From contig JBHJGN010000035.1 in NCBI GenBank assembly GCA_050331735.1, positions 1-37,918 on the forward strand: a stretch of DNA of 37,918 nucleotides, written 5' to 3'. This DNA is from Cyanophyceae cyanobacterium (GTDB lineage Bacteria > Cyanobacteriota > Cyanobacteriia > Cyanobacteriales > JBHJGN01). This document shows positions 1-9,352 of this stretch, piece by piece (the first letter of the stretch is position 1; each line of letters starts with the position of its first letter). Position numbers and translations under genes: made by a program. Under the pieces are notes generated by a model that searched no databases, was not told where the DNA came from, and saw only the letters and a list, made by a program, of their open reading frames with translations.

Positions 1-615
1 CAAGCCTGATACAAAGATACCTCCCTTAACCAGCAAACCCAGGAAAATCAGCGCCACGGCTTCGGGAGGAGCACCGCGCAACCCGCCAAAGTAGAACGAG
101 TGATGGGCTTGATAGACCAGCACCGCGCCCACTAGATAAAACAGCATGGCGGTATTGCTGATAAACAGGTAGCGCAAGCCTACCCAAATCGCTTTGTCGG
201 TGCGGGGATAGGTAATTAATAAAAATGCCGCAATGCTGATCACTTCCAAAGCCACGTACAGGCTAATAAAATCGGCACAGATAAACGTGGCGTTTACGCT
301 GCCGTGGAGGATAATCGCCTGCATGTAGAAAAAAGCTGTTCTTCGACTCCCCCAGCAGTAGAAAATCACAGCCGCCGTCACCAGCGCATTGGTCAAGATG
401 AAAAAGCCGCTGAGCTGGTCAACCGCGAGAGACACGCCGAAGTGGTTGAGGAGCTGTAGCTCTAAAGGAGCTGTCTCTCTAAAAATGTACCAGGCGTAGC
501 TTGCTGAAGCTAGGGTAATGACTAAACTTAAAAAGCGAGCGAGTTGAGGAAGCAGATAGCTGACAAACCCCATAAAGAAGGGCAGCGCTATCCAGACAAT
601 GGTAATTTCAGTCAT
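1..615 (-). CDS. mrpD: Mrp/Mnh Na+/H+ antiporter subunit D, 5' part (runs off the window edge)
   Basis: Not in the ORF track; translated by hand from ATG at 615: MTEITIVWIALPFFMGFVSYLLPQL...VDQLSGFFILTNALVTAAV...ADFISLYVALEVISIAAFLL...LRYLFISNTAMLFYLVG...LLVKGGIFVSGL. ATGA overlap with the mrpC stop. Confidence 0.85.
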   Translation of the reverse strand, partial: MTEITIVWIALPFFMGFVSYLLPQLARFLSLVITLASASYAWYIFRETAPLELQLLNHFGVSLAVDQLSGFFILTNALVTAAVIFYCWGSRRTAFFYMQAIILHGSVNATFICADFISLYVALEVISIAAFLLITYPRTDKAIWVGLRYLFISNTAMLFYLVGAVLVYQAHHSFYFGGLRGAPPEAVALIFLGLLVKGGIFVSGL

Positions 616-947
616 GGCGTATTGTTCTTCTCGATCTCGCTGGTTTCTAGAGTGGGATTATCCTTGGCCAACTTCATCACTCCCACCAGCATCAGAGCCT
701 GAATCGAAAAGCCAATCACAATCGCCGTCAAGATAACTGCCTGGGGAACAGGATCGGAGTACTCAACATTATTCGTGTTTGTGGCAATGGGCGTAAATAA
801 ACCTTCTCGCGATGCGACAAGCACGTAGTAGGCAATAACCCCCGTACTCATAATGTCCATCGAGACAATTTTCATGACTAAATTTTTTTTAAAGATGATG
901 CCGAAAAAGCCACAGAGCATTGTGGCAAATACACAAGCTTCTAACAT
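612..947 (-). CDS. mrpC: Mrp/Mnh antiporter subunit C
   Basis: 111 aa, three hydrophobic segments, DPVPQAVILTAIVIG signature of MrpC. Confidence 0.92.
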   Translation of the reverse strand: MLEACVFATMLCGFFGIIFKKNLVMKIVSMDIMSTGVIAYYVLVASREGLFTPIATNTNNVEYSDPVPQAVILTAIVIGFSIQALMLVGVMKLAKDNPTLETSEIEKNNTP

Positions 948-949
948 TG

Positions 950-995
950 ATGATGGTGGATTGTTGATAGCTGATTGTTAATATTCTGACTGTTG
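950..995. repeat. Degenerate heptamer tandem repeat (STRR-like)
   Basis: TGATGGT GGATTGT TGATAGC TGATTGT TAATATT CTGACTGT immediately upstream of mrpC. Confidence 0.4.
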
Positions 996-1121
996 AAAAA
1001 GCGGATTCTATCAATTTTTTCAGCTTATTAAAGTCGTTTGATAAAAATGGAAGGTCAATTGGCGACAGGAAGCCTCCTTGGTTTTGGTAATTTCTGAGTC
1101 AGAGAGCTAGTGGAAGGGTTT

Positions 1122-1152
1122 AGGTATTGGAAACGATCGAGTCCCAATACCT
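1122..1152 (-). terminator. Intercistronic stem-loop just after nhaS3
   Basis: AGGTATTGG (1122-1130) / CCAATACCT (1144-1152), perfect 9-bp inverted repeat about 20 nt past the stop; no clear U tract. Confidence 0.4.
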
Positions 1153-1172
1153 TCTCCCTACACAAGCTTGTT

Positions 1173-2567
1173 TTAGGATTTGTCTAGTCCTACCGCCGAT
1201 TCCTCAGCAAGTCCTGGTGCTGATTCTTTAAAAGCAAACCGGAGAAACGGCGGTGCTAAGAAAGTGGTCAGAATAACCATGATAATGATGGCCGCTTCTA
1301 AGGGCTTACTTAATACTCCACTCGCCGACCCAATTCCGGCAAAGACCAGTCCCACTTCGCCGCGGGGAATCATGCCGACACCAATGGCGAGGCGGTTGAT
1401 TTGTTCCTTGCCAAAAACGGCCCAGCCTGTAATGACTTTACCGATAATGGCGATCGCCATCAGAAAAACGGCAATGACTAGCCCTTCCCGATTGCTCGGT
1501 ACGGCGGGATTGAGCACCCCTAAATCCGCTTTCGCCCCGACAGTGACAAAGAAAATTGGCACGAGGATATCTGCAATGGGAACGACCTGCTGATCGAGTT
1601 CTTTGCGCTTATCGGTTTCATCCAACACCAAGCCCGCCGCAAAGGCTCCCAGAATCGCTTCAAGATGAATAGCGTTGGCTAAAAACGCCATCGAGAAGGC
1701 AAAGACAAACGCTGGAATCACAAGCTGACCGCGCGTTTGCAGTTTTTCGGCAACGGTGACGAACGTGTGATTGAAAAACTTTCCCAGGAAAATGGAGCCG
1801 AGCAGAAACACGCTAGCGCTAATGATTAAATAGACGACATTCAGAATGTCTACTTCGCCGGTTTTGGCCAGGCTAGCAACCACCGCCAAAACAATAATGC
1901 CTAAAACATCATCAATCACCGCCGCCCCAACGATAATCTGTCCTTCTGGCGACTTGAGATGACCGAGTTCCGACAGAACTTTAGAGGTAATGCCGATACT
2001 CGTCGCCGTCAAAGCAGCTCCGGCGAAAACGGCAGGAATAGTCGGTACCCCAAACAGCGCCACTAAACCCACGGTCCCGAGAGTAAATGGAGCCACAACC
2101 CCAACAACAGCAACCACGGCTGCCTGGTAGCCCACCTCTTGGAGTTCGCGCAAGTCCGATTCTAAACCGATCTCAAACAGCAGGATAATCACGCCCAGTT
2201 CGGCTAACACCGAAATTACTTCACTTTGAGAACGGAAAACACTGGTGACGGCTTCAGGGCTTAAATCGGATACGTACTGAAGAATGGTCATCACTACAGA
2301 GTCAGAGGCAGCAGCACCGCTTTCTGGGAAGACCAGCAGATGCAGCGCCGAAGCTCCGACAACCACCCCGCCAACTAACTCCCCTAACACAGGCGGTAAA
2401 TCTACGGCTTTCGAGAGTTCGCCTCCTAGCTTACTAGCTAGGTAAATAATGACTAAACTGAGTAAAACTCCAGTTAGGATAATCGGCGCTTCCGATTCGG
2501 TGGCGGCAGCCAGTAAGGGTGGTGAGTGAAGGGGGAGGACATTCCCCCAGATGGATAGGTCTAACAT
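1173..2567 (-). CDS. nhaS3: CPA2-family Na+/H+ antiporter, NhaS3-like
   Basis: 464 aa polytopic protein with LTATSIGIT, GAAVIDDVLG and GMIPRGEVG motifs; lies between bicA and mrpC. Confidence 0.85.
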   Translation of the reverse strand: MLDLSIWGNVLPLHSPPLLAAATESEAPIILTGVLLSLVIIYLASKLGGELSKAVDLPPVLGELVGGVVVGASALHLLVFPESGAAASDSVVMTILQYVSDLSPEAVTSVFRSQSEVISVLAELGVIILLFEIGLESDLRELQEVGYQAAVVAVVGVVAPFTLGTVGLVALFGVPTIPAVFAGAALTATSIGITSKVLSELGHLKSPEGQIIVGAAVIDDVLGIIVLAVVASLAKTGEVDILNVVYLIISASVFLLGSIFLGKFFNHTFVTVAEKLQTRGQLVIPAFVFAFSMAFLANAIHLEAILGAFAAGLVLDETDKRKELDQQVVPIADILVPIFFVTVGAKADLGVLNPAVPSNREGLVIAVFLMAIAIIGKVITGWAVFGKEQINRLAIGVGMIPRGEVGLVFAGIGSASGVLSKPLEAAIIIMVILTTFLAPPFLRFAFKESAPGLAEESAVGLDKS

Positions 2568-2805
2568 GAATGATCTTTAGTTGAGAGAGTAAAATTCTAA
2601 TTAAACGGGCACGATGGCCTACTGTTGTCAGTTTGTGCTTCGCGCCTGGTTCAAGAAGTTTTAATCATTTGATTAAAACTAATCACAATGAATCCAAGCA
2701 GTAGTCGAAGTGCTAGCACTTCTTCAGTTTTTGTGAGCCTGGTGCCAAACGTCATCAAGGCGATTGCATCGGTGTTTAAGGGGAGCCAAAGCATAGAACC
2801 TGTTT

Positions 2806-4497
2806 TCAACTAGCCTGTTGGGGCAAAAAACACATTTCCGGTGCTGGCTCTCTGCCTTCAACTAGGGCAACCGCTTGGCGTAGGGCTTCAGTGCGGTCAT
2901 CCAGCACGTGCTGTTGGGGAATCACAGAAAAGATGCCCAGCTTTTCTAGTCGTTTTCTAATCCGGCCAGTAGCACCAACCAGGAAAACATGACGACCTTT
3001 TTCGACCGCTTCTTGAATGGCATTTTCAATCGCTAGCGAAGACGTTACGCCGAGGTGAGGCACGTTGGTTAGATCGAGGATTAACGCATCGTGATCTTTC
3101 ATGGCGGTATGTTCGCGGGCGATCGCTTTGGATACGCCAAAGATCATCGGACCGCTCAGATGGAACAGCAACACTCTGCCGTTGGCGCGGTCGAGCAACT
3201 GTTTTTCTTCGTTGTTCATCTTGATTTCATCATCGGCATCGCTGACGGCCTTCACGCTTTCAGCCCGCAGATTCGATAACCGTTCAATCGTCAAGATGTT
3301 GGCCACAAATACTCCCACGCCCACTGCCACGATTAGGTCAACAAAAACGGTGAGGAGAATCACCCCATACATGATCAGGGCCGCTTTAATCGAGATTTTG
3401 TGAGCGCGCTTCAAAAAGCTCCAGTCGATGATGTCAATACCGACCTTAAAGGCAATCCCAGCCAATACCGCCAGCGGAATACTCTGGAGTAATGGTGCTG
3501 CCCACAGAACGATCACGAGCAGAATCAGAGCACGAGTTAAGCCAGATAGCGCCGTTCTACCTCCCGTCTGAATATTGACGACCGTTCCCATCGTGGCGCC
3601 AGCACCAGCAATCCCGCCACAGAGACCAGAAACCAAGTTGCCTAAGCCTTGACCAATTAATTCTTTATCCGAGTTGTGCTCAGTCCGAGTGAGACTATCG
3701 GCGACTAAAGAAGTCAGAAGAGCATCGATGCAGCCCAGCATTCCTAAAACGAGAGCATCGACAAACATTAGCCGAATCTGACCAGCGCTAAACATTGGCA
3801 ACTGTAGCTCCGGCAGTCCCATCGGAATCTCACCAATCCGTCGGAGATCGACTCCACCAAAGAACAGCAGCGAAATAACTGTTCCTAGCACCAAGGCGAC
3901 TAGCTGGGGAGGAACAATCCGCTTCCACTTGGAAGGCGTTAGCCAAATAATAGCTACCGTAATGACGGCCAAAATCGTGGCAGCAGGATTAATGTTGGTC
4001 AACAGTTCCGGCAGGCTGGTAAGGGTGCCGACAACTCCTCCTGGAGGCCCGGCCTGTCCTAAAAACGGTGCGGTTTGCAGAATAATCAGGATAATCCCAA
4101 TTCCTGACATAAACCCAGAGATCACCGTATAGGGCATTAGGGTGATATATTTTCCTAATCTTAGGACTCCAAACAAAATTTGGAAGAGTCCTGCTAGCAT
4201 CACGACGGTAAACGCCATGGCTAAACCGTTCTCTGGGTTAGTAGCCGTTAGTTCTGCAATCACGGCCGTCATGATTACGGTCATTGGACCCGTCGGTTCA
4301 GAAATCAGCGTCGGCGTCCCGCCAAACAGCGCGGCGAAGAAACCGACCAGCACAGCTCCCCACAAACCCGCAGAGGCTCCAGCACCGGAGGCAACACCGA
4401 AAGCTAACGCCATTGGTAGGGCGATTACCGCTGCGGTAATGCCTCCAAAAACATCGCCTTTGACATTACGAAAGTGGATTTGATTAACAATTGCCAT
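2806..4497 (-). CDS. bicA: SulP-family Na+-dependent bicarbonate transporter BicA with C-terminal STAS domain
   Basis: GDVFGGITAAVIALPMALAFG, ISEPTGPMT, GAGATMGTVVNI, LSGPMIFGV. ATG at 4497 preferred over TTG at 4515. Confidence 0.92.
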   Translation of the reverse strand: MAIVNQIHFRNVKGDVFGGITAAVIALPMALAFGVASGAGASAGLWGAVLVGFFAALFGGTPTLISEPTGPMTVIMTAVIAELTATNPENGLAMAFTVVMLAGLFQILFGVLRLGKYITLMPYTVISGFMSGIGIILIILQTAPFLGQAGPPGGVVGTLTSLPELLTNINPAATILAVITVAIIWLTPSKWKRIVPPQLVALVLGTVISLLFFGGVDLRRIGEIPMGLPELQLPMFSAGQIRLMFVDALVLGMLGCIDALLTSLVADSLTRTEHNSDKELIGQGLGNLVSGLCGGIAGAGATMGTVVNIQTGGRTALSGLTRALILLVIVLWAAPLLQSIPLAVLAGIAFKVGIDIIDWSFLKRAHKISIKAALIMYGVILLTVFVDLIVAVGVGVFVANILTIERLSNLRAESVKAVSDADDEIKMNNEEKQLLDRANGRVLLFHLSGPMIFGVSKAIAREHTAMKDHDALILDLTNVPHLGVTSSLAIENAIQEAVEKGRHVFLVGATGRIRKRLEKLGIFSVIPQQHVLDDRTEALRQAVALVEGREPAPEMCFLPQQAS

Positions 4498-4587
4498 AAG
4501 TATTTTTAAACTCAAGAATAACTAAACCAATTGTCTTGCTCAAAATCCATCAACAATGCATTTGTCAACAAAACTTTAATCTTTTTA

Positions 4588-4605
4588 CATAGCCAAATTA
4601 CTATG
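4588..4605. promoter_or_regulatory. CcmR/NdhR-type operator ATAG-N8-CTAT upstream of bicA
   Basis: cATAG-ccaaatta-CTATg about 90 nt upstream of the bicA ATG; candidate -10 TAAAGT on the minus strand at 4573-4578. Confidence 0.7.
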
Positions 4606-4765
4606 ATTTTTTGTTTAGCATTGAATTGAGTCTATCATACAACTGCCTAGAGCACTATAGAAAAAATTCTTTTTGTCATCCGAATTATTTATCAGTCTCC
4701 TCATGCTGGTTTATCAGTAAAGCGTTAGCTAATTCCTTTACCCGTCCCGGAGGAATCTCGATTGC

Positions 4766-5119
4766 TCAAGGATCTGACAGTGGATCAGCTTCTTCGATCA
4801 GATCCAGGTCTAGCAGCGGCTCCAGCGCGACTGTTTCTCCCCATGTCTGCTCAACGAATTCCTTGATTTTCAAGCGCAACGAATCGGTCGTTTCTTTAAA
4901 GACGCGGTCTGCTTCAGCAAGGCTGCGAGCTTTCGCATAGAGATAGAGAAAGTCTCCTGCAGGAGTATGCTCAAAAAACATGCTTTCGACAACCATGCCT
5001 TCTTGACGAAAGGTTTCCAAGCACCACTCCCGCCTCTCGTTAAGACTTTTAATAAACTGCTGTGCGGCGTGAGTCTGATTCGGTTTGATTTTAATTTTTA
5101 AGAGTTGAGTCTCGTACAT
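4766..5119 (-). CDS. Small hypothetical protein, DUF6176-like
   Basis: 117 aa from ATG 5119; RREWCLETFRQEGMVVESMFFE...DFLYLY resembles DUF6176 as I recall it. Confidence 0.55.
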   Translation of the reverse strand: MYETQLLKIKIKPNQTHAAQQFIKSLNERREWCLETFRQEGMVVESMFFEHTPAGDFLYLYAKARSLAEADRVFKETTDSLRLKIKEFVEQTWGETVALEPLLDLDLIEEADPLSDP

Positions 5120-5276
5120 GATCCTGGAGATACTATGCAAGCTTGTGAGAGATACTTGATAGTAAGGAGTAAAGGGAAAAGGAACCAGTTTAAATTTTCC
5201 CCTTACTCAGCTTCAAAATTTGGGGCCATCTCTCTCGAAGAGAACCAACAATCTTTGCTTCTCCTCGAATGCAGAA

Positions 5277-6041
5277 CTATCGAGATGGGGTAGAGAATTT
5301 CTCTCTGGCCAACGGCAGAGTGTACCAAGGGAGATTGGGGTATTCGTGATGTTCCCAATGGTAGTCGAAATGATAACAGGCAACAAAAGACCAGAATGTG
5401 GAAAGATTACTACTGACAGCACGATGGCGATCGCTACATTCAGATTCTGGCTGACGATGGGGCAAGAAAATCCCAAAGCAGAAAAGCTGTACGGAACTAA
5501 TCAGAATCGGAATCACCCAAAACAGAAAAATGTTGCTGAGCGGAATCCGAAAGCCCCACAGTAGGGTGTAGAAAATAATCGTCATGCCAACAAGCAGCAC
5601 CCAAGCCTGGTTGCCTTTTAAGTATTCCTTCATGAAGTTGGCGTACCACAGCAGCGGATTATTGCGTCCAGGCCCATAAAAATCAGGATCTTGTTCGCTA
5701 GCGGGATGGCGGTGATGCAGCCGATGATTTTTAGCCAAGGTTGGGTAGGGTAACAAAGCGTACAAACGCGCTGTAATCGCGCCAATCGCGTTGTTGATGT
5801 GTTGGTTACCAGGAACAATCGTTCCGTGGATCGCTTCGTGAGTGGTGATAAAGAGACCCGTATGCAGAAACGCTCTGAGCAAGACTGCTAACCCAACCCA
5901 CCACAGCGGTGCTTGGGAAATATCAATCGAAAACAGCCCAATTAAACTGCCTAGCCATAAGCAGATCACAGTGCCAGCAACAAGTCTTCCTTCATAGGAG
6001 TTAACTTGCTGATAAATGGGTTGCTTGGTGGAAACGTCCAT
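5277..6041 (-). CDS. crtW: Beta-carotene ketolase (fatty-acid-desaturase fold)
   Basis: His boxes TGLFITTHEAIHG, HRLHH, HWEHH; DPDF; QLFCFGIFLPHR; CYHFDYHWEHHEYP. Confidence 0.85.
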   Translation of the reverse strand: MDVSTKQPIYQQVNSYEGRLVAGTVICLWLGSLIGLFSIDISQAPLWWVGLAVLLRAFLHTGLFITTHEAIHGTIVPGNQHINNAIGAITARLYALLPYPTLAKNHRLHHRHPASEQDPDFYGPGRNNPLLWYANFMKEYLKGNQAWVLLVGMTIIFYTLLWGFRIPLSNIFLFWVIPILISSVQLFCFGIFLPHRQPESECSDRHRAVSSNLSTFWSFVACYHFDYHWEHHEYPNLPWYTLPLAREKFSTPSR

Positions 6042-6162
6042 AAAGACTAAGAGATTGAAAGAGCTGTGTTCATCTCTTACATTATTAACTTATGTTAAGT
6101 TGACGGCAACACTGTCGAAAGATACATTAGTAGATAGTAGTTCTCTGAGCGTTTGACTGCGC

Positions 6163-7803
6163 CTACCGGGAAAGTTGGGCGATCGCCCGGGCGGCTTCTT
6201 TGGCAGCATCGCGGAACGGCAGCAGCACCAGATCGGCTCCAGCGCTTCTAAGGACTTCCGTCTCTCGTTCCGTATGGCTAGTTAGAGCAATGCGTCCTGC
6301 AAACTGATGTTCTGCTAGCGCATGAAGCAAGATTAGTCCAATCCGCTGTCCGGGAACGGTGCTAATTACCCAGCGAGCCTGGTTGAGGGGCAGCATCGCG
6401 GCAAATTCTGGGTCTTCAGCATCTCCGTATACGGCTGAAACTCCTCGACTGCGCCACAGGCGGACTAACTCAGGATCGAAATCGACCCCAAAAACGCTGA
6501 GGCCGTACTGAGGGAAATTCTCGAGCAAATTCCCTCCGTAGCGCCCTAGTCCAAAGATAATCACATCAACGGGGTCGAGGGCAGTAGCGGAGTTGAGGCT
6601 TTTTTCTGGCTCGGCACTGCGCTCAAAGAAGCTCAGCCAAGGAGCGCAATAGTGATAGATGATGTGAGAATCGAGAATGGCGTAGGTAGAGACCCCCATC
6701 GTGATCAGACCAACAAGAGTAATCAAACCCAAGGTTTCATCGGAAATATGTCCGAGGCTAACACCGAGAGTTCCTAAAATTAAAGAAAATTCGCTAATTT
6801 GTCCAAGAGAAAGGCTAGTAAGGGCGCTGGTATACTTGCGATACCCCAGGCTGCCGACGAGGGCGGCAATCGTGAGGGGTTTGCCCACCAGCACAAAGAG
6901 AGAAAAAATCAAGCCGGGGATAAGCTGTGAGCCTAAATGAGCAACATCAATATGGACTCCCAAATTAATAAAGAAAAACAGCAGCAAAAAGTCTCGCAAG
7001 CTTACTAAACGAGCGCTGAGGATGGCGCGGTAAGTCGTCGAGGCGAGAGCGACTCCGGCTAAGAAAGCGCCTACTTCTTGACTAAACCCTAACGCGCTGC
7101 CCACTGCGGCTAGAGCGATTGCCCAAGCAATGGCAAATAGCAATAGTAATTCTGTTGATTGAGCAAGGGCATGTAAAATTTTGGGCAGGATGGTCCGACT
7201 GGCGAAAGCAATCAGAAATAAAAAACTACCTCCTTTGACTAACACCATCAGTAAGGCCTGACCAAACTGAGCGTTTCCTTCGCCACTAAAGGCCGTTAAG
7301 CCGATCATCACTAGCACCACCGCAATGTCTTGAACGATCAGAATTCCGACTGCAATGCGGCTGTGCAGCGCGTCGATTTCTTTTTTGTCGGAGAGCAGCT
7401 TGACAACAATGATGGTGCTAGAAAAAGTGAGCGCGATCGCGATGTAGAAAGCGGCTATTGGCCTTAATCCCAGCAGCAAAGCCATCCCGTAGCCTAAACC
7501 TGTCGTCACGGTAATTTGCCCTAATCCAGCAACAATAGCCACTGGACCAACGGCGCGAATCTCGTGGGGGTCGAGTTTGAGTCCGACGACAAACAGCAGC
7601 AAGGCAATGCCTAATTCTGCGAGCAGTTCTACTTCGTCAGTGGCGGCGAGTAATCCCAGTCCGGCAGGCCCTTCGATAATACCGACAGCGATAAAGGCAA
7701 TAATCAGCGGCTGTCGCAGCCACAGCGCTCCAGCCCCCACCGCAGTTGCGATCGCTAGCAGCAGCGCAATTTCTGAAAAGACATTATCCGATACCATCTC
7801 CAC
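6163..7803 (-). CDS. CPA2/Kef-type cation:proton antiporter with C-terminal TrkA-N (RCK) domain
   Basis: LTFSSTIIVVKLL, ILIVQD, LGQISEFS; C-terminal IIFGLGRYG, YGDAED, GADLVLLP. Confidence 0.85.
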   Translation of the reverse strand: MEMVSDNVFSEIALLLAIATAVGAGALWLRQPLIIAFIAVGIIEGPAGLGLLAATDEVELLAELGIALLLFVVGLKLDPHEIRAVGPVAIVAGLGQITVTTGLGYGMALLLGLRPIAAFYIAIALTFSSTIIVVKLLSDKKEIDALHSRIAVGILIVQDIAVVLVMIGLTAFSGEGNAQFGQALLMVLVKGGSFLFLIAFASRTILPKILHALAQSTELLLLFAIAWAIALAAVGSALGFSQEVGAFLAGVALASTTYRAILSARLVSLRDFLLLFFFINLGVHIDVAHLGSQLIPGLIFSLFVLVGKPLTIAALVGSLGYRKYTSALTSLSLGQISEFSLILGTLGVSLGHISDETLGLITLVGLITMGVSTYAILDSHIIYHYCAPWLSFFERSAEPEKSLNSATALDPVDVIIFGLGRYGGNLLENFPQYGLSVFGVDFDPELVRLWRSRGVSAVYGDAEDPEFAAMLPLNQARWVISTVPGQRIGLILLHALAEHQFAGRIALTSHTERETEVLRSAGADLVLLPFRDAAKEAARAIAQLSR

Positions 7804-7985
7804 AGCCTCTTGTTAATTATCTCCACTCAAATATTAGTCATTCGTTTTGGTATCAATGAACCATGAGCAATAAACAATCATGAACCTCTGCTCAGTTTCA
7901 TCAGCGTCTTTCTCAATCAATTGCTACTAACGACCGGTCTCATTACCGGCTACAATAGCCCATTAGTCGTTTTTCCGGTGAACTT

Positions 7986-9188
7986 ATGGGTCGTGCAACC
8001 AAAGTAGTCCTAGCTTATTCTGGTGGAGTTGATACCTCTGTCTGTATTCCCTATCTGAAGCAAGAATGGGGGGTGCAGGAAGTCATTACCCTGGCGGCAG
8101 ATTTGGGACAGGGAGAAGAATTGGGTCCGATTCAAGAAAAAGCGCTCAGATGCGGAGCCGTAGAATCGTTAGTGGAAAACGCGACAGAAAGCTTCATCAA
8201 AGACTACGCTTTTCCCGCTATTCAGGCGAATGCTCTGTATGAAAATCGCTATCCTCTCTCGACATCTCTGGCCCGACCCCTGATTGCTAAGCTACTAGTC
8301 GAAGCCGCTGAAAAATACGGCGCGGATGCCGTTGCTCATGGCTGTACCGGTAAAGGCAACGATCAGGTGCGCTTTGATGTGGCGATTATGGCTCTCAACC
8401 CCAATGTCAAAGTCTTAGCCCCGGCGCGAGAATGGGGCATGAGTCGTGAAGAAACCATTGCCTACGGCGAGAAATTTGGGATCGAATCTCCGGTGAAGAA
8501 GTCTTCCCCCTACAGTATCGACCGGAACTTACTCGGTCGCTCCATCGAAGCCGGTCCTCTCGAAGACCCAATGACGGAACCTCCCGAGGAAGTGTACGCC
8601 CTAACGCGGGCGATCGCCGATACTCCCGATGAGCCAGAATACCTTGAAATTGGCTTTGAGCAGGGCATTCCTACCAGCGTTAACGGAGAGCAATTAGCCC
8701 CGGTGGCGCTGATTGCTCAGCTCAACGACTTAGCGGGCAAACACGGGGTCGGTCGCATCGACATGATTGAAAACCGCGTTGTCGGCATTAAATCTCGGGA
8801 AATTTATGAAACCCCGGCTTTATTGGTCCTCATCGCTGCCCATCGAGATTTAGAAAGTCTCACTCTCACCGCTGATGTCACTCAATACAAGCGCGGCATT
8901 GAAGAAACCTACAGTCAGCTTGTTTACCAGGGACTCTGGTTTAGTCCCCTCAAGGCAGCTCTCGATGCTTTTATTCAGAAAACCCAGGAACGGGTTACCG
9001 GAACGGTGCGACTGAAGCTATTTAAAGGCAATGCCACGATCGTCGGGCGCCAGTCGGCTAACTCGATCTATACTCCCGATTTGGCCACCTACGGAGCAGA
9101 AGACCAGTTCGACCATAAAGCCGCTGAAGGCTTTATCTATATTTGGGGACTGCCGACAAAAGTGTGGGCGCAGAAAACTAAGCAATAA
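7986..9188 (+). CDS. argG: Argininosuccinate synthase
   Basis: [37 protein letters not shown]. Confidence 0.98.
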   Translation: MGRATKVVLAYSGGVDTSVCIPYLKQEWGVQEVITLAADLGQGEELGPIQEKALRCGAVESLVENATESFIKDYAFPAIQANALYENRYPLSTSLARPLIAKLLVEAAEKYGADAVAHGCTGKGNDQVRFDVAIMALNPNVKVLAPAREWGMSREETIAYGEKFGIESPVKKSSPYSIDRNLLGRSIEAGPLEDPMTEPPEEVYALTRAIADTPDEPEYLEIGFEQGIPTSVNGEQLAPVALIAQLNDLAGKHGVGRIDMIENRVVGIKSREIYETPALLVLIAAHRDLESLTLTADVTQYKRGIEETYSQLVYQGLWFSPLKAALDAFIQKTQERVTGTVRLKLFKGNATIVGRQSANSIYTPDLATYGAEDQFDHKAAEGFIYIWGLPTKVWAQKTKQ

Positions 9189-9214
9189 TATGCTAGAGGG
9201 TGCGGTGTTTTGAA

Positions 9215-9342
9215 GAATGGGGAAAAGATTCCTGCAGGACGGGGAAAGGGACAAGATAGCTCTGTCTCTCTAGGACGGGGGAAGAACACAGGAATAAAGA
9301 ATAAGCGGATTCATGCCCCCGTCTTTCTCCTTTCCCCAATTC
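9215..9342. repeat. Nested inverted repeats between convergent argG and carotenoid oxygenase (probable bidirectional terminator/stem-loop)
   Basis: GGGGAAAGG (9241-9249) / CCTTTCCCC (9329-9337) enclosing GACGGGGG (9274-9281) / CCCCCGTC (9316-9323). Confidence 0.55.
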
Positions 9343-9352
9343 CCAAGGGATT

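Noticed and set aside
6076..6102. HLR1-like or palindromic site upstream of crtW (AACTTA-tgt-TAAGTT)
   Set aside because: Short, AT-rich and several mismatches to consensus; not distinguishable from chance by eye.
7852..7880. Heptamer runs TCAATGA/ACCATGA/GCAATAA (also TTAACAA-type at 35643-35663)
   Set aside because: Short, degenerate, ordinary STRR-like background with no additional structure.
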